A stretch of DNA of 64,000 nucleotides. It comes from Camelus ferus (taxonomy: Eukaryota). A program made the position numbers and the translations under genes. Shown here piece after piece: positions 12,081-23,849 of the stretch. The notes under the pieces are model-generated. The model was not told the origin of the DNA and made no database searches. It worked only from the letters and a program-made list of their open reading frames with translations. The DNA is taken from NCBI RefSeq assembly GCF_009834535.1, contig NC_045696.1, forward strand, positions 25,484,001 through 25,548,000, read 5' to 3'. Position 1 is the stretch's first letter, and the number at the start of each line of letters is the position of its first letter.

Positions 12081-13500
12081 CCTGGCAGACAACACTGTAA
12101 TCTAGATTTCACCCATTGCACATCTGGGCTTCAGATAACTAGAAACACCATTCCAGGGCCCTGTTATAGCCTGAAAATGCTGCACCGATATATCTGACTT
12201 ACTTGGTCATTCTGGTCACTTCCTTATGTCGTGTCTTGGCTTCTTCCCCACTTTCTCACGAAAATTTTCTTTATAGTCAACCTCCATAGAGTTCAGATAT
12301 CTGAAAACCTCTTTTCTTCTCAAGGACTTGGCTCTTGCACATGAAAACAGTCCTTAGTTTTGGCACATGCAAAGCCCTATTTAAATAATTGAAACTCATT
12401 TTGGATTTTTTTCCTAGGCTCTATTCACCCTGCCTCCAATGAAATAAGTGCACATGCTTCCAAGGGGTAGAGAGCTTTAAAAAACGATAATTATTAAGAA
12501 ATAAAATATATAGCAGATACTATTCCAAAAAAGGTTGTCCTGCTGCGTGAATTAAGATAGTAATAAGGCTGGCCTAGGGGATTACTGTAAAGTACCTTGA
12601 GTCTTCCTCTTTACTTTCATTCCCCTTTAGGGGCACTGCCCTTCCCACATGAAAAGTCTCCATTTCCCTTGCATGTATTCCTCATGTCTATGCTCTACTC
12701 TTTCTTCATTACAGAAGCTTATAAATTCATTTATACTAAGAGAATAAATAATTGTTAAAGTAGGAAGTTTTACCTCCCAATAGAACTTGGTTCTTTGTAG
12801 CAAATAAGGTAATGAAACTTAAGAATTCTAATGAATACAAAATAGGTCTTTTTTGTTTGCTTTTTGCAAATTAGGTATATATCAAGGGGGTTCTTAAACT
12901 TGAGACATTATGAAAATGATAAAAGGATCCATTGAGAATGAATGAAAGTTTACTCTGAAATGAGAACTGTATTATTTTTTGAACCAAATGAATATATAGC
13001 ATGCCACGGATGTTTTAGTGTGAGCTTCTGATAACAGCATTCTTCACTTCCTCTTACTAAGGGACTTTGGTTCGAATTTCTCTTCTTTTAGGTGCAGTGG
13101 ATACCTTTTGGTATATTCTGCTATTCTTATCCCATTGAAGCCCAATTCTTTAGAAGACATAAATATTAAAAATATTACATTTTCTAAGTATACATGTTAA
13201 TAGACTAATTTATCATTTGATTTTATTTTAAGATACTACACAAAACTTGCCTCATGAAAAAGGGAACACAGCTGCTCCATAGCCTTTCTGATCTTGTTTT
13301 GGTTTTTGTTTTGTTTTGTTTTGTTTGTGCTGTTTCTTTTTTGGTATCCTAAGCATGTGCTTGTCTAGTCAACTGAGTTATACAGCGGTGGGTCCAATGA
13401 AGTTTTTATATATTGTTTCAGGGTTTTTAGTGCTATTTGTTGGGAAAAGGCCCACTATTTTCTTAACTTTTGTATCTTCAAATGCTTAAGTTTTGTTTTA

Positions 13501-13750
13501 ATAGTAATCATTAAAGCTAGCATTCACTGAAAGCATTTTACACATTGGACTAGGTAGAGCATTTTACCTCCATTATTATATTTAATTCTCCCAACTCCCA
13601 AGTCAGGTTTATCATAATGCCCATTTTACAGATGAGGAAACTGAGGATCAAAGAAGATAAGTCCTTTGCCCAAGGTCACATATCTAGTAAAAGTCCAAGC
13701 AGGAGATAAACTCAATTATCTCTAAAACTGGAACCCAAGCTCTTAGCAGA
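13501..13750 (-). mobile_element. MIRb SINE, near full length
   Basis: Well-preserved core cccattttacagatgaggaaactgagg...tttgcccaaggtcacatatctagtaa. Confidence 0.92.
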
Positions 13751-14072
13751 TAAAGCATGTTTCCTTCTCCTGACTTCACTTAAACCAGACACGGCTTTGC
13801 CTACATTCACTGTCCCGTTCCACTACCTTCTCTCTAGTAGGCCCTTTATTCTGTTCTCTTCTTTCCAGCCATCTGTTTCTTTGCCTCATTGCCAAATACT
13901 GAATTTATAACCCCCTATTTTGTCGGAAAGAGCCATGACCTGATTTCTGAATTAATTGAAAACAAACAATCACAAAACACCATGCTGTAACCCAATTTAG
14001 TCACGATGTGTCTCCCTAGCAGCCTGCATAACACTGAATCTATTATTGCACAAGCTTGCTTTTGTAAGCTGC

Positions 14073-14439
14073 TATATTAATCAGCTGCTGTAACAAAATA
14101 CTATACACCAGGTGACTTACTAATAACAGAAATTTGTTTGCCAATAGTTCTGGAAGCTGGAAGTCTAAGATCAAGGTGCCAGCATGGTCGAGTTCTGGTG
14201 GGAGCCCTCGTCTGGGTTGCAGAAGGCTGACTTCTCCTCGGGTTCTCACGTAGCAGGAAAGGGAGGAGCTAGCTCTCTGTCCTCTGTCCACTTCTTACAA
14301 GGGCCCTAATCTCATTCAGGAGGGCTCCACTCTCATGAGCTAATCACCTCCCAAAGGCCTCACCTACCAACACCAACACATTAGTGATTGAATTTCAACA
14401 TACGCATTTTGGGGAGACACAAACATTCAGTCTGTAACA
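14073..14439 (-). mobile_element. MLT1A/MLT1A0 solo LTR (ERVL-MaLR)
   Basis: agttctggaagctggaagtctaagatcaaggtgccagca...gggagacacaaacattcagtctgtaaca; 5-bp TSD gctgc (14068-14072) / gttgc (14440-14444). Confidence 0.92.
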
Positions 14440-15624
14440 GTTGCTCGGACAAGCTCACCATCATCACCTGAGTGGGAAACCAGCCACTTATATTAAACAT
14501 GGTTGTAACTGTCTATGCCTTCAACTGTACCTGGGTATGAGGAAAATATCAACAATTTGTCCTTAAAGGTTTTCCGGTAATTTGTTAACTTTCTACCAGT
14601 GATAGACGATCTATCCTCTAAGTAAAACGTGCCATCGTGACCTTACCACTTATCCTGCTCTGTCAGTGTGACAGGTGATTTTCCTCTTCTCAAATTAGGC
14701 AACTGTTCTAGCAACTCAAAGTAATTCTTGTGACATGACTGACATGTGAAAAAGTGACATATCTCTTTCATTAAAAAGTTGCATATTATGAGCAAGGAGG
14801 CCCCTGTGCTCCAATAAAACTGAAAGAAAAAACTTCTACATCGATCATTCTGAGAAAGAAAGCCAATAAATATTATTCCATCCCCCTGAACATCATTATA
14901 AGCTTTGAGACTAGTGGGGTCATTGTTTATATTAGATGCTTAGAATAAAGACATAGTTGAAGTGATTTTTTAAAATGCAACATAGAGTTGAGAAAATAAG
15001 AAGCTATTGAAAATGTGAGATGTGAGTTGAAAGAAAATAATCCATCTTATTCGTCTGGAAGATACCCAGTCACTTTCATCTTGTTCTATAATAAATAATG
15101 TTTTAAAGAAATATTCAGCATCTACTAAAAGAGGATTTCATCAGAGGGAAAAGTATTAAATAATGCATTTCCATGCTTTTAAATTTATGCATGCTTTCAA
15201 ATAAAATATTTTTAAGGCATAAATCTCTTTAGCCCGTGCAGATGTCACAAAATTTAGACATGGGTGTAGAGAAATGCCAACTTGCTGGGATGTGAGGATT
15301 AGATACCGTGCCTGCCAGACAACGTGAATTCGAGAAGCTCTCTTCTACTTCTTTGAAGATAACGTCCCAACTCAAAATACCTGTGGTATTTGGAATAAAA
15401 GCAGTCTTTTAAAATAGGCTAAAATAAATTATTATTTGCTCTTATGAAGTACCTTTCTTTTGAGGATGTGCAACAGGTTGGGGAGTGAAAAGCACTCACA
15501 GCTCCCTCAAGAGAGACACACACCAGGTTAATATTTTATTTCATACTTAATAGGTTAAGAATACAGAAGTGTATCACCCAGACATAAGCAAAACTAAACC
15601 AAAGGGCTAAGAGGGGAAATCATA

Positions 15625-15650
15625 AACACACGCACACACACACACACGCA
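15625..15650. repeat. Imperfect (CA)n
   Basis: acacacgcacacacacacacacgcac. Confidence 0.85.
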
Positions 15651-16804
15651 CCCTACATTCATGCACATATGGGTGAGTGTATGTACATAGAAAAGAAAAG
15701 ATTTTGGCTCACTTGTGTACAAGCTCATAGAAGGACAGCAGTTTCCAAAGCTACTTGATTCCTCTCCCTTTTCTTTGCAAGGAAGCGATTCCTGTAGTGT
15801 CCAGTGAGATTATAATGTGTACCGAAAAACAGTTTTAAAATTTTTCATCTATACTTTTTTTTAAATGAATAATGTGAATCTTCTTTGCCACTTTAAAGCA
15901 GGCATCTGTTACCCATATCACATACCACTGCTAAACTGTTGTTTTGATAGATTGTCTGACGTAGGACGTGCGTAAAACCTGTGCCACCCGTGGAAGTGTG
16001 AGCTCCTTTATGGGAAAACCAATCTTTTACCTTTTAATGTTCACGCTAGATCTGGTAAGGTGCCAAGGTGCTGTTAATGAAAATACTGCATTTTGTTTTA
16101 TTCATAGATAGGAGGCCACACAATTGAAGACTAAATAAATCAAGTGGCCGTTTCTACAGACTTTTTTTTCCCCTGATGCAAAAATGTTTGTGTTGTATTA
16201 CTCATCCTATCTGAGTAGTAAGTATAAAAATGGAGATAGCCAAGCCTTTAAAATAACCTAGAATTGCCTGGTTTTGTTCCTTGTTCAAACAATGTGAAGT
16301 AAAGGAATTCTACTAGAAATAGTCTATGAAAAAAAGTCTAAATATAGACTAGTAGGTCAGACAGTAACAGGATTTGCCTATCCTCAGCCTTCTTTATTAA
16401 GGCTTTTCTACTTTCATATGTCAGAAAGCTTACAGCATTAAAATTTAACCAACAAGAATTTCCTGACAGAGTTTCAGTTATCAGGCCAACGATCCAGAAG
16501 AGGATAAGAGAACTGTGTCTCGGTGAGAAAAGAGAAGCATTTGGTGTAAGGCATCCAAGCAAATGCCCAACTGTAATGAAAAGCATCATAAAAAATTGAA
16601 TACACCTGAGGAGATCTGTACCCAGTTTTTGGACCCTGCTGGGGAGCAGCTAACCTTGCATTTCAGCCAAGATTTTTAATATAGATATTTCCCTTTTAAA
16701 CGACACGCTAAGAATGCAGCATAAGCTCTCATGGTACTTATTCACCTAAAATGACATTCTGTGACAAAGTGAAGTGTGCAAAAGGAACCAAAAAAAAAAA
16801 AAAA

Positions 16805-17090
16805 AGTTTTTTGGAAGAGATGGGACTCAAGTGGGAACTCCAGGACCTTAAAGAAGGGGAAGAACATGGATCAGAGACCAAGTGAAATGGTTTCTGGATG
16901 CGGAGACTACAGAGGGTAATGAGAGCTTCACGTGGTAACTGGAACAAAGTCGTGCCGGGTGAATGTACAAGAAACAGAAGTCGATAGTGAGGGTGGAACT
17001 GGACCGAAGTAGGAGAGTTTGAACTGAATGCAACAGGTGAAAGGGAGTCATTGCATTTTTATGAATTCAGCAGTGATATGGTTTAACTGA
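16805..17090 (-). mobile_element. Old L2 fragment
   Basis: ggagagtttgaactgaatgc...gggagtcattgcatttttatgaattcagcagtgatatgg. Confidence 0.55.
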
Positions 17091-17130
17091 ATCTACGTAC
17101 CTTATCCCAGCTGTTCGATAATTTACAAAC

Positions 17131-17221
17131 TTTTTTTTTTTTTAAATAGAGGTACTGGGGATTGAACCCAGGACTTCGTGCATGGTAAGCACACGCTGTA
17201 CCACTGAGCTATTACTCCCCC
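17131..17221 (-). mobile_element. Camelid tRNA-derived SINE (Vic-1 type)
   Basis: Minus strand reads GGGGGAGTAATAGCTCAGTGGTACAGCGTGTGCTTACCATGCACGAAGTCCTGGGTTCAATCCCCAGTACCTCTATTT(A)13; Pol III A box TAGCTCAGTGG, B box GGTTCAATCC; TSD core ATTTACA at 17121-17127 and 17238-17244. Confidence 0.9.
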
Positions 17222-18669
17222 TACCACCCACCCTACCATTTACACATCTTAAACAACTTCTTACTATCAGACTACTTCCATTTCAGAAATACTAGGGCAT
17301 ACAGGTAAACAACATGGGAAAATGAAAAATCCCATAGTTACCACCCAAAGACTGAACTAATTTTAATTCTTAAGATCAATCCTTCATATGTGAAACTTTC
17401 TTTCAAGAAAAGGTTAAACATTACGTAGGGGTCTCAAAGCAAGTCCATGAAGTGAACCCTACCGCTCCCTTGTCATTTTCCTTATTTTCTTTGAATTTTG
17501 AAATACAAAGAAAGACCATGGAATCTGCCATAATGAATAGAAAAATGAGAAATTTCATTATCTTTACTGTTTTATTCAACTTTCCATCTAACTTAGTTTT
17601 AAAATTATATATAAATGTCTATTCTATTCCTGGACCTGGGGTTAGTTTAAGTTTTGGGATTCCTTCCTTCAACAAATAATTACTGAGTAAATTCTTATTG
17701 TTTGTTACACTAAATAAATAAGACATCCTGTTTTCAAAGAGTTCAAAATCTAATCTGTTTAAATTAGTTTCTATTTAAGATCTTTGTCAAACATTATGAG
17801 AAAATTTATGACACAGCTATGCTTTATCCTTCTCCAACTAAACTGGATAGAAATTTTTAAATCTTCTAATTTCCTGGCCAGTCTTATTGCTAGTATTAAT
17901 TCTCCCACTTCTCTAAAACACATTAAATCCTTTAATTTGTTGAAGAGGTGAGTGTTTCATTTATTTATTCAGTCATTTCACCCACTTATGTGATGTCCTG
18001 TTCTATGCCAGAGAAGGCCTATGAAAGAGGCCAGTTATATCAAGACCAGGCAGGCTCTGGCTTAGGAGAGCTCCCAGCCTTCAGCAAGCAAATAGGGAGG
18101 AGGAGAAAAGCCAGGGAGTCCAGGGCTGTGTGGCATCCCACCAACACTGTGGAGTGTGTAGGAGAACCACAGCCTCCCTGGAGGAGATGATTTCAGACCC
18201 GGGTGTGGGTAGTTGGGGACGTGTTAAGAGATTGACACATTTAGAATTGGAAACCAGGGGTTCTCACTATTTGTGGTTTTGGTTTCCCCTTTATCATTAT
18301 TTTCCTGCCTTGATCATTTCCAGAACTTTGTCCCAGATCACCTCCAGTCTCCACGAGCCACTTCATTTATTGCCCACTGATACTATCTCCGGGATTATTG
18401 TGCCACCGTCTTCTTGAGAAGTCGAAGACCAGAAGTTGTGAATTTTCTCAACTCCCCTTCTCTCCTAATGACTTCGTCCTTCTTCCCTCTTTTCTAAAGT
18501 TAAATTGCCCACCTGAGTGCCAAATCTCATCTCCACCCATCTTCTCAGGACCTCATTGAAGATTATTCTTTTCCTCTGCTATATTTTAATCTCTTTTTCT
18601 CTAACCCCATTTTCTTTTCGATCTCTAACCATGTTCAAGTTAGTTTTCTACTTCAAAAAAAGTGAAATA

Positions 18670-18733
18670 GGCTGGGACATTATGCTGTATACCAGAAATC
18701 AATATACTGTAACTGACTATACTTCAATTTTTT
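18670..18733 (+). mobile_element. Ultra-short 5'-truncated camelid-type L1 3' end
   Basis: gctgggacattatgctgtataccagaaat...tgtaactgactatacttcaat; TSD aaaaagtgaaata (18657-18669) / aaaaagtgtaata (18734-18746). Confidence 0.85.
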
Positions 18734-19199
18734 AAAAAGTGTAATAAAATAAATATTTTGCTTGTATGCTAGGCCAATGCCAGTTCCACTGCTTCAGAAT
18801 TTCTTGTAGGGCCCAGGAATTCAGAAGAGTATAATGGTGATAAGCACTTATTTCTTATATAGAAATAAAGTGGACCTTTCTGTCCTGAAGTTCCCCTCCA
18901 CATCCCCCCACCCCCACCCCCAGGCACTCCTTTCAGCCTCAACCTGCAAGGACAGTGAATCTAGGCCCTGGGTCCTCTTACCTGGCAGATTCTTCACTCT
19001 ATATCAGGTATTGAGTCCATCACAGGGAAGATGCATTGACTCGCTGGATCTTTTGACCATCTGTACGTGTATCTCTGCATTGCTGTTTTCTGGCTGAATG
19101 GAAAGCCTAAGGAAAAGTAACCTAAGGCTGAGTTCCAGCCTTCGTTCACTCTCAACATGAGTCAGGACCAGCTTTCATGGCTAGATCAGCTCACTTTCT

Positions 19200-19735
19200 C
19201 TCTACTTCTTCAAGCTGCTTCTATTTGTGTTTCCTTTCACTGCCAAAGGTCTTGAAAACATAGTCCACATTTACTGGGTCCACATCCTCAACTCCTAGTT
19301 ACCACTCTGTCCAATACCATCTTCCTTTTCCTCTAACCACTCTATTGATAATACACTTGCTGAACTCACTTAAGTTTTCCAAATACCAAATTATATGACA
19401 TTTTCTATTCTTATTGTACTTGACTTCTATATACTGTTTGGAGCTGGACAGTTTTACAAGTCATTAAATTTACTTTCCCTGCCATAGATTTATCTTAATT
19501 TTCCTTCTACATCTCGTTCTCCTTTGCTTTCTTCTCTTTTTGTCCTTACTTCTGAAATGTTGTTTCTCAGGATTTCGTGTTTGTTCTGATTAACTTCCCA
19601 CGTCACATTCTTCTTGGGTGGTATCGTCCATAATTTCAACTGCTGATAATTCATAAATCTAAATCTAGCTCTAGTTTTCCCTATCTATATTGTACTTCTA
19701 AGTCTGTATGAAACTAACTAATCTAATTGTTCCAC
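19200..19735 (+). mobile_element. L2 fragment (probably continues at about 20300-20820)
   Basis: Pyrimidine-rich L2-type sequence, e.g. ttcaactgctgataattcataaatctaaatctagc. Confidence 0.55.
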
Positions 19736-19744
19736 AGTGATAAT

Positions 19745-19970
19745 TGCATACTGAACTGTGTTCCCTAAAATTTCCTGTGTTGGAGCCCTAACCTCCAATG
19801 TGACTGCATGTGGAGATAAGGTCTTTAAAGAGATAATTAAGATTAAATGAGGTCATAAGGATAGGAATCTCATCCAGTAGGATTGGTGTCCTTGTAAAAA
19901 GAAGAAAAGAGACTAGGGATGTGCATGCACAGAGGAGAGACCTTGCAATGACACAGCAAGAAGCCACTGG
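19745..19970 (+). mobile_element. MLT1A/B LTR 5' half
   Basis: ccctaacctccaatgtgactgcatgtggagataaggtctttaaagagataattaagattaaatgaggtcataagg. Confidence 0.88.
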
Positions 19971-20054
19971 ACCTCATCATTTATTCTGTATTTTAAACAA
20001 AAGAAGCCTAGACATCTCTTTCTCTTACTCCCACATCTAACAAAGGATAGAAAC

Positions 20055-20260
20055 TAGCATTGTGGTAAGGAGTGCAGGCTCAGAGACAAATCGTCTGCAT
20101 TGAGATTTTAGCACTGCCATTTGCCAGGTCTAAAATCATGGAGACTTATTTAACCTGTGTATCTCATCTGTGAAAATGGTATTGATAGTAGAAATAGCTA
20201 TCTCATATGGTTGTTAGGAGAAATAGAATGCCTAACATTGATCATTTATTATGTTAACTT
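20055..20260 (+). mobile_element. MIR SINE
   Basis: tagcattgtggtaaggagtgcaggctcagagaca...ctcatctgtgaaaatgg. Confidence 0.75.
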
Positions 20261-21209
20261 ATTATCATCACTATCATGGTTAATCATCACCACATCCTCT
20301 TAATTATACCATAAAGCTTCTTTGAATCTGGACCATCTTTTTTTCCTTATTCCTGCTATTATTATTAAGCACTCATAAATTACCTTGTCTATTCCCTCTA
20401 TCTTTCTATAAAAATATTTTTTCTTTTCACTTTTTCTATCAGTCTTCCATTCCCCTCAATCTGTCTTCAGAAAAGATGCTAGAATAATCATGAGGGAAAA
20501 AAATCTGAACACATTCTCTTTATTTCCTTCTAATAATATTCCCACTGCTTATGATGGGGGGAAGAAAATCCAACTTTCCTAGCACTGTATACAAGATGTT
20601 TAAAAATCTCATTTTCATAATAGCCCATACCCACCTACAGACACTGACACAAGCACATTTCACAGACTAGACTGAGTTCAACTTTTTGAGAATGTTTATG
20701 ATTAGTATCTTTATACCTAAAGAGTCAGTAGCTATTTACCAACATTCTGCCCATTTTTATCCATCTGGAAAATAAGTCATCCTTCAGAATTCAGTTCAAA
20801 TGTCAGTTCTTAGTAAAAGGTGTTGGTAAGGATCTAAAATCCATGATCTTTAAAGGCTTCTTTTTCTCTGCATTGATCTATCTATATTTACTCTTTTAAA
20901 AAGGGGAGGAATATATCTACTTTGAAAGTCAAAGATAATTTATTTAGTGATTGATTTATATTAAACTAAATCTGTTTTGACTAGAGTTTTGTTGTATTAT
21001 CTAAGTATGGTTTTAAAATTTTTTCTTTGGCCATTTCTTTGTTCTTTTTTTTTTAAATGCAAGTATATTTTCTACATAGATGTCTACACTTTTATATGTA
21101 TAAAGATGAGTTAATGTAGTTTAAAATAGCCATATTTATAGAATGGTTCTGTCCACATAGTTGTTGACTTTACCAGACTGTAGTGTCCACTCCAGACACT
21201 GTGTGGACA

Positions 21210-21450
21210 CTGTGTGGCACACTGTGAGGAAAGACGTGGACTCAAGAGTCATACCTTTTGGATTCAAATCCCAGTTTTACTGTGTAATAGCTGAGTCACT
21301 GCAGGTAAATGATTCAAGCTGCTGTGCTTCTGTTCATCTTTAAGCAACCTCACAGTGCTAAGGTGACAATTAGATTAGTTAAAAGACAGAAAGCTCTTAG
21401 AAGAGTGGTCAGGACATAGTAAAAACTCAGAAAACATTAGCTACTTAATT
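21210..21450 (+). mobile_element. MIR SINE
   Basis: ggattcaaatcccagttttactgtgtaatagctgagtcac...acatagtaaaaactcagaaaacattagcta. Confidence 0.75.
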
Positions 21451-22834
21451 AGTTTAAAAGGATTTGCTGTCACCCTCAAGCAATGTCTTTCATTTCTGGT
21501 TCAGCCTCTTCCACACACAGTGGCGCAGTTCTATCTGTCTGAAGTTCATGGGCAAGTGATGCCATCCGTCATATCCCACACACTGAGTGGGTGTCGGGTC
21601 AGGTCTACAGTAACGTGGGAAAGGAAACTCAACAAACTAGATTTTCCTTCCACATGCTGTGTATTGAACTTATCCATCTGCTATTTCTGTTCAATGTTGC
21701 CATTACAGAAGTCGATGGCAGAGAGACACAATTTAAGTGGATACTTAGATCTCTTTCAGGGCACCTCGCCTTGTAGAATGATTGTGCAACAGATGTGTAC
21801 AGTTTACGTCCTGAAATGTGAAGGATAATTAAATTTGTCTATTTTTATCTATATAGGACAAATAAAGGCCCAACTTAGATGTGACTGTAGAAAATCTTAA
21901 TGCTTCACATCTGTTGTCAGTTAACTCATCACCTAAGTTTTAGACAAAAGAGTTTTTCATGTTTCTGTCAAAGTGATATACATTGTCCTTTGAAAATGTG
22001 AAAGTTTTCTTAAGATAAGGCTTATAAGTAATTACTGGTGAAATTGAAATGAGCCTTAAGAATTATGTGTGCTGTCTTCAGTAGCCCTCCCATTAATGTT
22101 TCTAACATTGTTAATTTTTTATGTTCTAATTGTGTTCAGTTATAGCCTTAATTTTGACTCTAGTGAAATATATTCCTGCAAAATATCTTTCTACTTTCAT
22201 AAATTGAAATCCATAGTAGAAAATGATTTCAATTATGCAAGATTAAGCTGATTTTTCTTCTTGAGTATGTTTTGTGTATTCTAATGTACCCTATTATATT
22301 TCTTCAAAAAGTGTAGTTTTATTTTAAATTTTTTATTCTTTCAAAATAATGCCTGGTTTCACCTACTACTACATTGGTGAGATCTATACATATAATTAAT
22401 TACTTACTATCCAATTTAAATCTTTTGGATTAGGCAAGATTCATTGAATTATAAAAGCAGTCTCTTTCTATATTCTGAGAGGGATTTAGGGTGATTTAAA
22501 AGTACATATATCAGACGAAGTTATTTTTGTTATTATTGTTGTCCTGACTTTTCACAAAGTGAAGTGAGTGACAATGGCTAAGTTCTTATCTGCAGTCTTA
22601 CTGTAAATGTGGTATCACGGTCCAGTTGGATGTATCTTGAGGTTCCAAGTAAAACAGTTCCAACTTCTCAACAAACTGAGTGTAGTCCATCTGCAAAGTT
22701 ATATATAAATAACATAAACTGGAAAATACTTCTTTCTTCCATCAGAAATCTAGTTGTTGGACATTACTTAGCTTTATACAAATTTAATTCAGTATGATTC
22801 TATATATGAAATTTAGTTTATCAAAAATACAGAA

Positions 22835-23249
22835 ATAGCAAAATTAAAACCGCCAAGTCAATAAAGAGTACTTAGCAAGAGTTTATTGTGCATATATGAA
22901 CAGTTCACAAACTGGGATCTTCCACATCCAAAGACTGATACGAAGCTCATGAATAAGAATTACAGGATGACTTACAAAGTGAAAATGAGGACGCTGTCTA
23001 CCCTTTACAGTGACTGGTTACTGCAATGGGAGTTTCCAGATGGTAGACGACTGGTTAAAAATGATTACCTCTTATCCTTTTTAAGAAGATCACTTAAGTT
23101 TCTTTTATGATTGTCCGAGGCATTTACCAAAAATAATCTAAGTTAAGTTTCACTTATGTTCATGAAATAAGCTAGATTTAGTTTCACTTACATGGCTTCA
23201 ATGGCTTTCTATCTCAAGTCCACTCTGTATTTTGTATCTAATTTCAACA
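22835..23249 (-). mobile_element. Probable ERV1-class solo LTR (family not assigned)
   Basis: Minus strand begins TGTTGAAAT, has an internal direct repeat (agtttcactta x2) and AATAAA (22882-22887) about 50 nt from the other end. Confidence 0.5.
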
Positions 23250-23347
23250 AGTTCAATGGAAAATAGTTGTATTATTTCCTGTTACCAAGCAAAACTAATG
23301 ACACTGAATTCTTCACTACTCACCCAATGATTTTTGGCAATTTCACC

Positions 23348-23849
23348 TATAGTAGACTGTATAAACCCTGCCCAAAGATGTCTGTGTACTAATCCTCTGA
23401 ATGTGAGAATAAATAAGGTTACAGGGCAAAGAGAAATTAAGATTGAAGATGGAATTGTTTGCTAATAATTGACCTTAAATTAAGAAGATTAGCCTGGTTT
23501 ATTCAGGTGATCAAAGGGGCCCCTAACACAGGAAAAAGAGGCAGAAGAGAGCCAGAAATATGGCAGCAGGAACAGGGTACTCCCACGGTTCCTAGTTTAG
23601 CTTTGAAGATGGAAGAATTGAGTCATGAGCCAAGGACTGATGATGAGCTCTAGAATCTGGAAGAGGCACATAAAAGGATTTTCTTCTAGAGATTTCAGCA
23701 GGAATGCCGCTCTGCTGATACCTTGATTTTAACCCATTGAGATCCATTGGGACTTCTGACCTCCAGAACTATAAGATAATATGTTTCTATTGTTTTAAGC
23801 CCCTAAGTTTTTGGTAATTTGTCATAGCAGCAATAGGGAATAAATAACA
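23348..23849 (+). mobile_element. MLT1D-like solo LTR
   Basis: gctttgaagatggaag...catgagccaagga; gacttctgacctccagaactataagataat; ggtaatttgtcatagcagcaatagg. Confidence 0.9.

Noticed and set aside
15285..15400. Possible minus-strand exon (cag|GTATTTTGAG...GCACG|gtatct)
   Set aside because: Weak splice signals and no recognisable peptide in any frame
16460..16530. Possible plus-strand exon (gacag|AGTTTC...TCTCG|gtgaga)
   Set aside because: Poor pyrimidine tract, peptide unrecognised, no partner exons
17150..17221. tRNA gene
   Set aside because: Poly(A) tail, TSD and a poorly paired acceptor stem show it is a tRNA-derived SINE
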